From: Calothrix sp. OTE_75_metabat_31 | GTDB taxonomy: Bacteria > Cyanobacteriota > Cyanobacteriia > Cyanobacteriales > Nostocaceae | Assembly: GCA_031379725.1 (NCBI GenBank) | Contig: JANNFJ010000380.1 | Span: 1-60,356, forward strand | Reading direction: 5' to 3' | Length of the DNA stretch: 60,356 bases | Shown: positions 8,496-17,473 of the stretch, one piece after another | Position numbering within the stretch: position 1 is the first letter of the stretch | Layout of the letters: the number at the start of each line of letters is the position of its first letter | The notes under the pieces: generated by a model | The model's input: only the letters and a program-made list of their open reading frames with translations | Databases searched by the model: none | Told to the model about the DNA's origin: nothing | Program-made: the position numbers and the translations under genes

Positions 8496-9566
8496 ATGGA
8501 TGGTGGCAAAGGTGATAATATCGAAAAAACCCATTTGAGTGAGACAATTGCTCATTTATCACCGGAACAGTTGGCTTTTATTCAGGCAACTGTTGATGCG
8601 GTGGTTGCTGCTACGGGTAATGTCAAAATTACTGGTGCTAATTCGACGAGTGAGTTGTTTAGCAGTTGGTTGGGTTCGCGCGAATCGTCTCAAACAGCCC
8701 GCGCTTATCGCAATGATGTGATGCATTTTGTGCAATATAAGTTGGGGATTGATTACCCTGACCTCGATGATTTGAATTTGCACTCTATTACTAAGGAAGA
8801 TGTGGATGGGTATAAAACTTATCTTCAAAAGAAAGAAACTTTTGGACATATTGCACGGGCATCGGTGCGCCGCAGATTAGCATCGCTCAAAAGTTTTCTT
8901 AGATATGGCTGCGATGTGGGGTATCTACGTGCGAACCCGGCGATGTTATTAAAGGTACCTGCCGAACGAAAGAAAATTAAGGAGCGAACGCTTTCGGTTA
9001 CTGAGATTGAGATGATGAGCGATGCGGCTGTTTTAGCGATCGCTAACAGTAAAACGCCCCCAAAGAAGATTCAGGCGCAGCGCAATTTCTTGGTGTTTGA
9101 GTTATTTTATTGTGGGGGGTTTAGGGTTGGCGAAGTTGCTACGCTCACCTGGAATGCAATTCACCTCAACCAATCGGGATTACCTTATATTAAAGTGGTG
9201 GGGAAGGGGGATAAGGAACGCGATGTGCGTCTCCCGACTGAACTTTATAAATTTTTACTTGCCAACCGTCGCCGTCCGGGTGATAAAACTGAACCCATTT
9301 TTATTAGTCAAAAGACTAACGAACCCTTAACGGATAGGCATATTCGTCGCGTTATTAAAGCAATTGCGATATCGGCTGGTTTGACGCGCATCCCTTCTCC
9401 CCATTGGTTGCGCCATTCCCACGCTACCCACGCGGCGAAAAATACTCCCATCCATGTAATTACTAAGACGTTGGGACATTCCAGCGGTAAAATTACTATC
9501 GATAATTATCTGCACGCAGGTGAGGATGAGGCGAGTTCGCTTAATCTCAATCGTTGGCGCAGGTAG
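8496..9566 (+). CDS. Tyrosine recombinase / integrase (XerC/D-like)
   Basis: GGFRVGEVATLTW (box I Arg), HWLRHSHATHA (H-x-x-R-H), and LGHSSGKITIDNYLH (His and catalytic Tyr). The ORF track start at 8481 is a TTG; ATG 8496 is in frame. Confidence 0.85.
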   Translation: MDGGKGDNIEKTHLSETIAHLSPEQLAFIQATVDAVVAATGNVKITGANSTSELFSSWLGSRESSQTARAYRNDVMHFVQYKLGIDYPDLDDLNLHSITKEDVDGYKTYLQKKETFGHIARASVRRRLASLKSFLRYGCDVGYLRANPAMLLKVPAERKKIKERTLSVTEIEMMSDAAVLAIANSKTPPKKIQAQRNFLVFELFYCGGFRVGEVATLTWNAIHLNQSGLPYIKVVGKGDKERDVRLPTELYKFLLANRRRPGDKTEPIFISQKTNEPLTDRHIRRVIKAIAISAGLTRIPSPHWLRHSHATHAAKNTPIHVITKTLGHSSGKITIDNYLHAGEDEASSLNLNRWRR

Positions 9567-9632
9567 GGAAGTGAAGTTTTACCGTCCCCAAATTAACGCC
9601 AACCTGAGAACCACAAGCACCTATATATTGAT

Positions 9633-9956
9633 ATGACACAGGTTAAACACCAACGACGAACCCGCATTCTGCCCCCCAAACCCATAGCAAAAGAAGAAAA
9701 AAGTCGCGCCGATGAAATTAGCGATGCTCTTGCCGCGAGATGCCGTGTTATTTTCGAGCGCTTGCGTCCAACTCTGAATATAACGCATTATAACTGGCAT
9801 ATTGCCATCGACCCCGATACCGAACAGTACCTTATTGACCCTACTTTGAAAGGGATAACGCAAAAAATTAGTGAGGCCTACGGCAATACTGGTGAGGTAA
9901 AACTAACTATCTTCCGCCTCAACGATACGGGAACCTGCGGCAGACTATGGGTGTAG
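9633..9956 (+). CDS. Hypothetical protein, translationally coupled to the downstream aspartic-protease-like gene
   Basis: 107-aa ORF with a basic N-terminus. It overlaps the next ORF by 10 nt. Confidence 0.45.
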   Translation: MTQVKHQRRTRILPPKPIAKEEKSRADEISDALAARCRVIFERLRPTLNITHYNWHIAIDPDTEQYLIDPTLKGITQKISEAYGNTGEVKLTIFRLNDTGTCGRLWV

Positions 9957-10330
9957 GTTCTTTTGGCGATAATGGCGAGCTATTTTTTGAAATCCAGCTT
10001 GTTGCCGTTTCGGGTGAGGAGTTTTCTGTGGAAGCCCTGTTTGATACCGGGTTTACTGATGGCTGGTTGGCAATAAATACCCAAGACTTGGAAGCTGTGG
10101 GATGGTCATTGCTTGCTGCACAGGTTGAGGTGATGACGGCGCGAGGGAATGCAAGAGTAAATATTCATGAAGGAAAAGTCATCATTGATGGCACGGAGGT
10201 TACTATCCCCGTTCACGTTGGCAATGAGATTCCAGAAACTATCATGGGTGCGTTGTGGCTGGATGTTATGCAGTTGGTTGTAAATAAACCGAAAGGTATA
10301 TTGACATTGGAGTTTGTATCGGACGATTAA
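9947..10330 (+). CDS. Retropepsin-like (clan AA) aspartic protease-like protein
   Basis: The size (127 aa) and the ALFDTGFTDGWL motif (hydrophobic-hydrophobic-D-T-G) fit single-lobe retropepsin-like proteins. Confidence 0.6.
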   Translation: MGVGSFGDNGELFFEIQLVAVSGEEFSVEALFDTGFTDGWLAINTQDLEAVGWSLLAAQVEVMTARGNARVNIHEGKVIIDGTEVTIPVHVGNEIPETIMGALWLDVMQLVVNKPKGILTLEFVSDD

Positions 10331-10418
10331 TATAGGTAAAGCAGAAACAATCGGTTGGTTCAAATTAACGATTATTACATGTCGGTTCGCGAACCTACAA
10401 TCCAATTCCTGATATTCT

Positions 10419-10471
10419 GATATCAATGCTATCAATGAGATATCGATAGCAGTGCTATCAATTGCGATATC
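10419..10471. promoter_or_regulatory. Operator-like repeat cluster immediately upstream of CDS 10475
   Basis: GATATC at 10419, 10439 and 10466. TGCTATCAAT at 10427 and 10453, 26 bp apart. Palindrome TATCGATA at 10441-10448. Confidence 0.4.
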
Positions 10472-10474
10472 ACT

Positions 10475-11101
10475 ATGTCTGATGAAAACAAACCCAGCCA
10501 AATGCTGCGCGTACCCACTGCCTTAATTGACGCAGTGAGGAAATTATCCCGGTTGCACCGACAGGGACGTTCCGTTGAGGTACTTTCTGGGTTGGATAAT
10601 TTGATAAAAACGTTGGAATTTGGTAATGGTAATGGAAGCAATGGAGCTTATAATTCCATATCGTCGATTTGGGATACTCGTTTCGAGTCGTTGTGCGATC
10701 GCTTGGATGATTTAGAATCCCAGTTGTCGGGTTCAGAGAATAGTAACGAGGTTCCATCAACTGAACGTCTCAAGGATTTAGAGCAAAAAATCGACTCTAT
10801 AAATAATCGGTTGACTCAATTTGCCGAGGCAATTATGCTTCTTCAAAGTAATATTAATAATCAACCTCGCCGAAGTAAGCCATACCACGGTAATTCTTAT
10901 AATCAAGGGCAACCTGTCAGAATTCAACCAATACCCGAAGAAAGTTTGGCTTCAAGGTTGGGGATAACTCCAGAAAGTTTACGTAAGGAGAAAGATAATC
11001 AACCACCACCACTTTTTTTTGCTTGGTCGAAGCGTAAGGATACTTCTGGCATTGGGTGGCAATTTAATGAGAAAACGAACTTGTATCATCCAGTTACTTA
11101 A
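10475..11101 (+). CDS. Putative DNA-binding protein (possible N-terminal ribbon-helix-helix)
   Basis: The N-terminus MLRVPTALIDAVRKLSRL resembles an RHH beta-strand plus helix. It is preceded by operator-like repeats. The C-terminus SLASRLGITPESLRKEK is HTH-like. Confidence 0.45.
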   Translation: MSDENKPSQMLRVPTALIDAVRKLSRLHRQGRSVEVLSGLDNLIKTLEFGNGNGSNGAYNSISSIWDTRFESLCDRLDDLESQLSGSENSNEVPSTERLKDLEQKIDSINNRLTQFAEAIMLLQSNINNQPRRSKPYHGNSYNQGQPVRIQPIPEESLASRLGITPESLRKEKDNQPPPLFFAWSKRKDTSGIGWQFNEKTNLYHPVT

Positions 11102-11199
11102 CTGCAATCAAGCAATTATATCGCTTACATTGCCACAAATTAACTTGACTGCCGAGCAATTATTGATGCCGAAGCTTTAGCATACGACTATCGCAACAA

Positions 11200-11862
11200 T
11201 TATTTAAGTAATCCCAATTCCATGCGTGCGACCAGTTCTTTGGCAAGAGGATAAAATATTTCTGCACGTTTTTTACTATTGGAACTAAAGCCACCATTAT
11301 CAACTATTTCGCATTTGATTTCAGTTTGTCCCGTTGCAGAATGTGGTTTGACTACAATCCTACCAAGTTTACCGAGTTCAAAGTGGGTAAAAACATAATA
11401 ATGATTATTACCTTCCTGTTCTTTGCGGAAGCTAACTCCAGAAGGCATGTTGATAGGGGTAAGCACGACATCGGTTAAAATAACCATGTTCATCACACCA
11501 TTTGGTCGTGCGATATATAGTTGTATTGTAGGTGGCACAACCATTACAACGACTGCTTCATTGCTGGGGTCATATTGTTGGAGGACGCTTGTAACTTCAC
11601 GTTTAAATTCGACGCTTGCCATCCACAGTGCGACCGAACTATTAGCTTGAGGGACATAAAGAAAATCTTTCTGTGGTGACAACTGTACACCCAGAATCAT
11701 GCCTCTATCCCATTCCTTGTATTGTGCAAGCGCAACTTGTAACGCGGCAGTTCCAAATACCTCCAGAAATGGTCGGTTTGGATTTGTATGGTTTTGTGCT
11801 ATGCCGTCATCAATTAGCTTCTTAACAGAAATACCAATCGAGTCGTTATTTGAATTATTCAC
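11200..11862 (-). CDS. Hypothetical protein (220 aa)
   Basis: Long ORF with ordinary composition. No recognisable motif. Confidence 0.5.
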   Translation of the reverse strand: MNNSNNDSIGISVKKLIDDGIAQNHTNPNRPFLEVFGTAALQVALAQYKEWDRGMILGVQLSPQKDFLYVPQANSSVALWMASVEFKREVTSVLQQYDPSNEAVVVMVVPPTIQLYIARPNGVMNMVILTDVVLTPINMPSGVSFRKEQEGNNHYYVFTHFELGKLGRIVVKPHSATGQTEIKCEIVDNGGFSSNSKKRAEIFYPLAKELVARMELGLLK

Positions 11863-12006
11863 AGACGCACCAGCTTTAAGATTACTTTGATTATTCTACG
11901 ACAAAAGGTATATTTAGATTTATTTAACCAAAGTTGACATTGTTAAAAGTTGAAATTAATAATTGAGTAGGTTTAATATTAATGCTACCATTGACAACGC
12001 TCTCAT

Positions 12007-12351
12007 ATGCAAAAACTTGTGCATAGCTACCCATCCAATTGGAAAGAATTAACAACCACTATTAAAAATTCAGCCGACTGGAAATGTCAAAAATGTGGTA
12101 AAGTTTGTATCAAACCAGGCGATAAAATACCCGATGGTTGGACGAAATCGCTGCGTCATGCACACAAGCTTCAGGTGCATCATTGGGACAGAAATCCGGC
12201 GAACAATTCTGTTAGTAATTTGGCAGTATTGTGCAGTGGTTGCCATCTATTTTATCATAATAAATGGCGAGGAAATATATCACCGGGGCAGTTATCATTG
12301 TTGGACTTGTTAGAAGTCACATCAATTCAAAATTCAAAATTCGCTCATTAG
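12007..12351 (+). CDS. Small HNH endonuclease
   Basis: CQKCGKVC ... HKLQVHHWDRNPANNSVSNLAVLCSGCH is the Cys-pair plus H-N-H (His-Me finger) arrangement. Confidence 0.75.
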   Translation: MQKLVHSYPSNWKELTTTIKNSADWKCQKCGKVCIKPGDKIPDGWTKSLRHAHKLQVHHWDRNPANNSVSNLAVLCSGCHLFYHNKWRGNISPGQLSLLDLLEVTSIQNSKFAH

Positions 12352-12442
12352 CCCCATAATTGAAATTAGGGGCTTGTACCCGAAATTAAACAATTTAAAA
12401 ATTCCAGATTTATTACCTACGTGAATTTTGAATTTTGAATTG
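12323..12442. repeat. Perfect 20-bp inverted repeat enclosing the HNH stop codon and an inner hairpin
   Basis: CAATTCAAAATTCAAAATTC at 12323-12342 is the exact reverse complement of 12423-12442. The inner AGCCCC...GGGGCT hairpin lies at about 12350-12376. Confidence 0.7.
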
Positions 12443-12503
12443 TTTTGGTCATGGTGAATTTAGTAATAATGTCGAGTTGATTTTTCATGCGTCCCCTGTT
12501 TTA

Positions 12504-13940
12504 TTAATCCTCAAACTGAATCGGTTTCCCGTTGAAATGGCTGTAAATAGTTTCTGCCCTAAACCAAGCGGGTAATGTCTTTTCAATATCTTCTAAATTA
12601 TTGCCGCAAACGTCTTTTAACCCAGTTTTGACAACAATTCTGGGTAAAGGCTTTTTGTTGTCTAGGGTGAACTTTTGTAAGTAAAAAGCACCCTTTCTCA
12701 TGGAGGCTGTACCATCCCCGAAAGCCGCATTGGTGAGGTTGTGAGTTACACCGATAAAATATTCCTTAGCTTTTCTGGTATCGCTAAAAGTCGAAGACAC
12801 AAACCGTTCTACGCTCTCCTTATCTAACTTTGCTAGTTGGGTAAATTCATCAAGTAAAAACTGTTCTGGGTCTTCTACCTTTGAGTTAATTCTGTCTTCC
12901 CTGCGCTCGATAACATCCTGAATAGCTTCAAGGATAGCCGAATCATTCGGAGCTTTTAATTGCGCTTCGAGAAGGTTCCAAACCTCGCTATTTTCACCGT
13001 TTAAGTGTCTGTCTGCAATACGAAAAACGGGGATGTCTAAACAATACTTTCTTATTAACCCAATTGCGACAGAAGTATTGGTTTTACCAGTGCCCATATC
13101 CCCTACTAGCCATATAGGTTTAATGGCATCTACTACCGTCCATAACCACCCGTCTTCGTGTTGCTTTAAAGCCTCCACTAATTGATTGACTAATTCTCGA
13201 TTGTTTGATTCGGAGGTGGCAATATGCTCATCCTTATTTTTTATGACTAGCACTTTTTGAGATTCCTTATCTGCCTTGTGTTTATCCCTCAAATTTTCCG
13301 CAATCTTTTTATCCATTTCCGAGTCAGCGGTGGCAAATTGTTTGAGTGCCGAATCATGGGTTTTATCTTGAATTTCTATTTGCCTTTTTAACTTGTCTTG
13401 CATTCCTTCAACCGAAATAAACCCAGATTTTATCCGTTGATTATCCCAGTTAGAGTTAATAGTTTGAGCTTTAAAATCACGCTCATTACGGGCACTTACC
13501 CCAATCGATTTAACATGAGTTTTGTATATTTCTAGCTCATCGTATGCTAATTGCTCATTTAATTCTGACTTTTTAGCCCAGCACAGATAAGCTATTCCCG
13601 AAGCGATGGGGGAAACTAAAAACCAAAATGCACTATTACCAGTAGCGGGAATATCCCGAATAATTAATGATGCTTCGGGCAGTGGAATTGAGGCTTCAAA
13701 TTGTTTTTGCTCCCAGACTTCTTTGAGTAGCTTACGCTCGTACCGACAATATTTTTTATCTAGTTTCTGCTGGGAACGTTGACTAAATTCACTCCCGTAA
13801 TTGGGGGGAAGGTTTGCGGTTTTTGGACAGAACCTTACCGCGACGATATCGTATGGTCTTTTACTTTGTCCCAGGAACATTGAACTGCCTAATGCTACTG
13901 TTAACCATAAAACCGTTAATCCAGCATATGAAGTTTTCAT
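12504..13940 (-). CDS. Membrane-anchored P-loop NTPase (unknown family)
   Basis: Two N-terminal hydrophobic helices (LTVLWLTVALGSSMFLG and AFWFLVSPIASGIAYLCWA), then a charged coiled-coil-like middle. Walker A is VGDMGTGKTN and the Walker B-like motif is FLLDEF. ATGA overlap with the upstream gene. Confidence 0.65.
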   Translation of the reverse strand: MKTSYAGLTVLWLTVALGSSMFLGQSKRPYDIVAVRFCPKTANLPPNYGSEFSQRSQQKLDKKYCRYERKLLKEVWEQKQFEASIPLPEASLIIRDIPATGNSAFWFLVSPIASGIAYLCWAKKSELNEQLAYDELEIYKTHVKSIGVSARNERDFKAQTINSNWDNQRIKSGFISVEGMQDKLKRQIEIQDKTHDSALKQFATADSEMDKKIAENLRDKHKADKESQKVLVIKNKDEHIATSESNNRELVNQLVEALKQHEDGWLWTVVDAIKPIWLVGDMGTGKTNTSVAIGLIRKYCLDIPVFRIADRHLNGENSEVWNLLEAQLKAPNDSAILEAIQDVIERREDRINSKVEDPEQFLLDEFTQLAKLDKESVERFVSSTFSDTRKAKEYFIGVTHNLTNAAFGDGTASMRKGAFYLQKFTLDNKKPLPRIVVKTGLKDVCGNNLEDIEKTLPAWFRAETIYSHFNGKPIQFED

Positions 13941-14506
13941 CTTCTCCGTGAATCGACAATTACATAAATCCCTGCCAGTCCAATTAACCCACCAACAATT
14001 AAAATAGTGTTCTGCTTATCGTCCGGTAACTTGTTAAAATCCTCGACTGTGTTTTGAAGATTTTTGTAAGTTTCGCCGGAAGTGTGAATGACGCTGATAA
14101 AATTACCTAACGCACTCCAAATCAAAAAAGCAGTTACTACAGTCGAGAATCCAAACTTGATAAACCTCCCCATAATGTCTTGATTTCCTTCGCTGTTACG
14201 ATTAATTAATTCCTCGATTGCTTCCCGGTTTGTAATTTGGTTAATAATTAGAATTGCTGAAAATGCTAACCCTATTCCTCCCGTCCCACTTGTCAAAATT
14301 AAAAACCGAGCCAAACTGTACGAAGTAATCCCCCAAAAGCTCATTTCTAATCCTTTCAAGACACTGCGGTTCTTGTTTAGTTTCCGGGTTAAATTATCCT
14401 TGTAAGCCCTAATAGCTGACTGCTCGTCGGGGGTAAATGATGTATCTTCTTCCGTGGGGTAATTTGGTAGAGTATCGCTATTCTCTCCTAAGTCAAGATA
14501 TGTCAT
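13937..14506 (-). CDS. Integral membrane protein (about 4 predicted TM helices)
   Basis: Hydrophobic stretches ARFLILTSGTGGIGLAFSAILIINQI, FSTVVTAFLIWSALGNFISVI and ILIVGGLIGLAGIYVIV. 4-nt overlap with the NTPase gene. Confidence 0.6.
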   Translation of the reverse strand: MTYLDLGENSDTLPNYPTEEDTSFTPDEQSAIRAYKDNLTRKLNKNRSVLKGLEMSFWGITSYSLARFLILTSGTGGIGLAFSAILIINQITNREAIEELINRNSEGNQDIMGRFIKFGFSTVVTAFLIWSALGNFISVIHTSGETYKNLQNTVEDFNKLPDDKQNTILIVGGLIGLAGIYVIVDSRRR

Positions 14507-14566
14507 AATAGAGTTATTTCACATCATTTTATTGCCGGAATAATTCACGTTATGAAGGCAATTTTA

Positions 14567-15232
14567 CTAATTGAAAATATCTCGAATATTGTTCCACAGT
14601 TTTACAAGAGGATTGGTTGAAAATTCTTTTCTGGGAATCAAGCTTAAATCACTATCCGAGCCATTCTCTAAGAGATGTTTTATTTTTTTATTTTCGTAGT
14701 CCTCATCCGCTTTCATCTGCGCCAGGAAGGGTTTATTAGTGATTGATTCAAGGCTAGCTTTAGCGTTAACCGTCGCCATTTGAGTCTCTACCCAAGCCTG
14801 CAACTCGATTACGTCCATTGCATCATCATGGCGTTGGTTCTCAGATTCCAGCTTGGCGAATAAACTAGTTTTATATTCCTCAATCAAATTGTTATAGCGG
14901 GTGTTCTCCAGGGCTAATTCTCCCCCGGCTTTGTCAATTGCGATCGCTCCCTTACCACCCGACTTGTAAACGTCCGCTAGAGCTACGTTATATTCGGTTA
15001 TACCCTCGATATAAGCCTTGAGATTCTCGCGGATAAGGGGCATTGCGGTGGCTAATCTTTCCCCCGTCCGTCCCAAGTCTCCTATCTCTTTTAAAGCCTG
15101 CTCGTCGCCGTTTACGGCGCGGATAATGAGAGAATTGTTAATGCCGAATTTTTTAGCAGTAGCCTTTTTAATGTCCTTGCCAAAAGTAGATACGTGGTCA
15201 CAAACCTTAGCTTTGTTTCTCATTTTAATCAT
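14567..15232 (-). CDS. Hypothetical protein (221 aa, helical/coiled-coil-like)
   Basis: Long ORF on the same strand and in the same cluster. No motif recognised. Confidence 0.5.
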   Translation of the reverse strand: MIKMRNKAKVCDHVSTFGKDIKKATAKKFGINNSLIIRAVNGDEQALKEIGDLGRTGERLATAMPLIRENLKAYIEGITEYNVALADVYKSGGKGAIAIDKAGGELALENTRYNNLIEEYKTSLFAKLESENQRHDDAMDVIELQAWVETQMATVNAKASLESITNKPFLAQMKADEDYENKKIKHLLENGSDSDLSLIPRKEFSTNPLVKLWNNIRDIFN

Positions 15233-15378
15233 CCTTACATTGATTTACACAGAGATATCCTTGCTCAATTAATATTTGCTGTCGCTGCCGGGGTGATAGC
15301 GGTCGTACTGACCACAAGAATTGAATTAGTAACGGTATTATTGCAATCCCAATACTTAAAAAATAAAAGGTATATGGT

Positions 15379-15993
15379 TTAAGTTTTGAATGCGGATGCG
15401 ATAACTTTTGATAGCTCTTTTCGCCTTGCTGATTGGGTACGAAAAAAGGTATTTATTTCCCCCAGTCCTGTTGCGAGTTTCTGGTTTAATTGCTTTTCCC
15501 GATGCTCGAAGTGAGTTTTTAAATCCTCGCTCGTGTCTGAGATTTGTCGTTCCAAAGAATCGTAACGATGGTCAGCATATGATTTTATAGCCTGTTTTGT
15601 TTCTTGCACGAATTCCATATAATCCGTGAACTTATCCCCAACATTTGATGCTAGTTCTAGTACCTCTACCTCGGACAATTCAATCCCATAAATCGACGCA
15701 GCCGCCGTAATTACCTCATGCTTATCCCCCTCGCTCACTACTATTCCTGTCTCCTGTTCTTCGGCAGGTTGAGGAGTAAGGAGTGGGGAGTTTTCTACAA
15801 CTATTTCTGATGAGGTAGTAAGAGCCTTATGAGACATTAACTTAATAACTTCATCCACAATCGCGGATTTATTTTCTAGGATATTCTGTCCGGATGGACA
15901 GATGGTACTAATTGCATTTCTAATTGCATCCGAAGTTGGAACAAGACCCCGTTTCTTTACCGAAGCACGAATATTTTCAATGTATTTTTTCAT
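15379..15993 (-). CDS. Hypothetical protein (204 aa)
   Basis: TAATG stop/start overlap with the upstream gene at 15993. No motif recognised. Confidence 0.5.
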   Translation of the reverse strand: MKKYIENIRASVKKRGLVPTSDAIRNAISTICPSGQNILENKSAIVDEVIKLMSHKALTTSSEIVVENSPLLTPQPAEEQETGIVVSEGDKHEVITAAASIYGIELSEVEVLELASNVGDKFTDYMEFVQETKQAIKSYADHRYDSLERQISDTSEDLKTHFEHREKQLNQKLATGLGEINTFFRTQSARRKELSKVIASAFKT

Positions 15994-16496
15994 TACTTCC
16001 CCTTTCCTAATTTAATGGTCGAATACTTGGCTTCATACATGAAAGCCGACGCAAATACTTTTACCAATTCCTCTGCTTTGTAGTTTCGCTCCTTGTCAAA
16101 ATACTTGCCATTTATTTGTGTAACCGAACTCTGGAACCATCTAATAATTGTCGTGCGGTGAGCTTTATTTTTAGTCCGTTTCTGTAACTCCTTGAAGACT
16201 ACATCTCCTTTTACAGTTACTTTGTTAGCGGCTAATTTTTGAGCTTGTACGTGACATTCAATCATCTGTTTCAAGGATAATTTTGTGTATTGCTTTTCGA
16301 GTCTCAACCCGGCAACCGTCTGTAAGTTTTCGAGCGTTAAAACCATGTCACAATCACGCAAAACTTTCTTTAATCTGTACCAAGCACTATCTGAAATTAA
16401 ACTGCCATAATGCAATTCAAAGTACTTTTTTGCATCAAGATTACTTAACATGGACAATTCCTGAACGGTATTAATTAGTTTTTGAACTGTCTCCAA
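15993..16496 (-). CDS. Hypothetical protein with a possible HTH (AHRTTIIRWF); first gene of the minus-strand cluster
   Basis: The ORF starts at TTG 16496; the alternative ATG at 16451 is in frame. KNKAHRTTIIRWFQ resembles a recognition helix of small HTH proteins. Confidence 0.45.
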   Translation of the reverse strand: METVQKLINTVQELSMLSNLDAKKYFELHYGSLISDSAWYRLKKVLRDCDMVLTLENLQTVAGLRLEKQYTKLSLKQMIECHVQAQKLAANKVTVKGDVVFKELQKRTKNKAHRTTIIRWFQSSVTQINGKYFDKERNYKAEELVKVFASAFMYEAKYSTIKLGKGK

Positions 16497-16984
16497 ACTG
16501 CACTGCCGCTAATTTGCACCAATTACCACGCACCAGCTTTCTTCAAACACGATTTTTCGGTATTTCTGGTTTTGGCAGAATATTGCAAATCGCTGCAACT
16601 GAACATACAAGTGGGATAAGTAAGGGCTGAAATGGACTTTTTAAATCCCGGTTGCAATTGCTTTCTTTTGAGCAACTGGTTACGGGTAAAGGTAAAGAGC
16701 GATTACTGTCACGAGTTCTGTACTCTGCACTAAAACTTTTTTTCTCCGCGATTCCTGCCTCCTTATGCTTGTTGGATTTTTTTGGTGTTTGGGTACGGGT
16801 GTCAAAAGTAACTATGTTTTTGGGGATAAAAATTGTTGAAATATGAGATGCACTCTTATTTGACTGGCGTTCCAGTACGTTGCAGCGGCAGCCGAAGGAA
16901 AGACGCGGTGGAATTGGAGTTGGAATTTTTTGCATATTTTGCAGACTTGGTGCGTCTTGTCTGTTAGTATATCATTAAGTTGCG

Positions 16985-17272
16985 ATGTCGCAACATAGCG
17001 ACAAATTAGATTTACAAAAGAGGTATGAAATAATGGAGCAGAAGTTGCGACATCAGCACATTGCTACTGTGACCGATAAGAAAAAAGACCCAAACTACGG
17101 TTTGTTAAGGGGGTTAGTACCGCAAGACCTGCTTAAAAGATTCAAAATTTATTGCGTAGAGAATGGCATTGACAATAGTCAAGGCTTGGAGAACCTATTA
17201 AGAGAATACTTTGAGTGCAAAGACCAGCAAGCGAAATCCTCTAAACCTCAAAACGCCGAGGAGGAGAGGTGA
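16985..17272 (+). CDS. Small protein, possible ribbon-helix-helix (CopG/ParG-like) regulator
   Basis: 95 aa. LLRGLVPQDLLKRFKIYCVENGIDNSQGLENLLREYF fits a strand-helix-helix pattern. Divergent from the minus-strand operon. Confidence 0.45.
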   Translation: MSQHSDKLDLQKRYEIMEQKLRHQHIATVTDKKKDPNYGLLRGLVPQDLLKRFKIYCVENGIDNSQGLENLLREYFECKDQQAKSSKPQNAEEER

Positions 17273-17473
17273 AAACTGACATCGACCCACTTACTTTGCC
17301 ATTATTGCCGCTAGGGAAGCGGAAAATTTGGGACTGGTTGATTTTATTAGCCAAGCTTTTACCGAAGCAGGGATTTTATACTGAAAATCATGAAAATTAA
17401 CCAGTCATCAGTACCACTGATTGAGTGGTTTAAATTTGTATTAGCGCGTGTTTAGCTGAAAAAGGGGGTCAAA

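Noticed and set aside
9921-9956. Possible gag-pro-style -1 programmed frameshift between ORF 9633..9956 (which ends ...RLNDTGTCGRLWV and contains its own D-T-G) and the aspartic-protease ORF in the -1 frame.
   Set aside because: The overlap has no X-XXY-YYZ slippery heptamer and no obvious downstream pseudoknot or hairpin. The second ORF has its own ATG at 9947, so simple translational coupling is more parsimonious. The DTG in ORF1 is probably coincidental.
16543-16935. 130-aa minus-strand ORF in the divergent intergenic region between the 16496 operon and gene 16985.
   Set aside because: It has a Cys/Arg/Ser-rich, low-complexity translation, no ribosome-binding site and no motifs. It occupies what should be the divergent promoter region. 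It is likely spurious, though a small real gene cannot be excluded.
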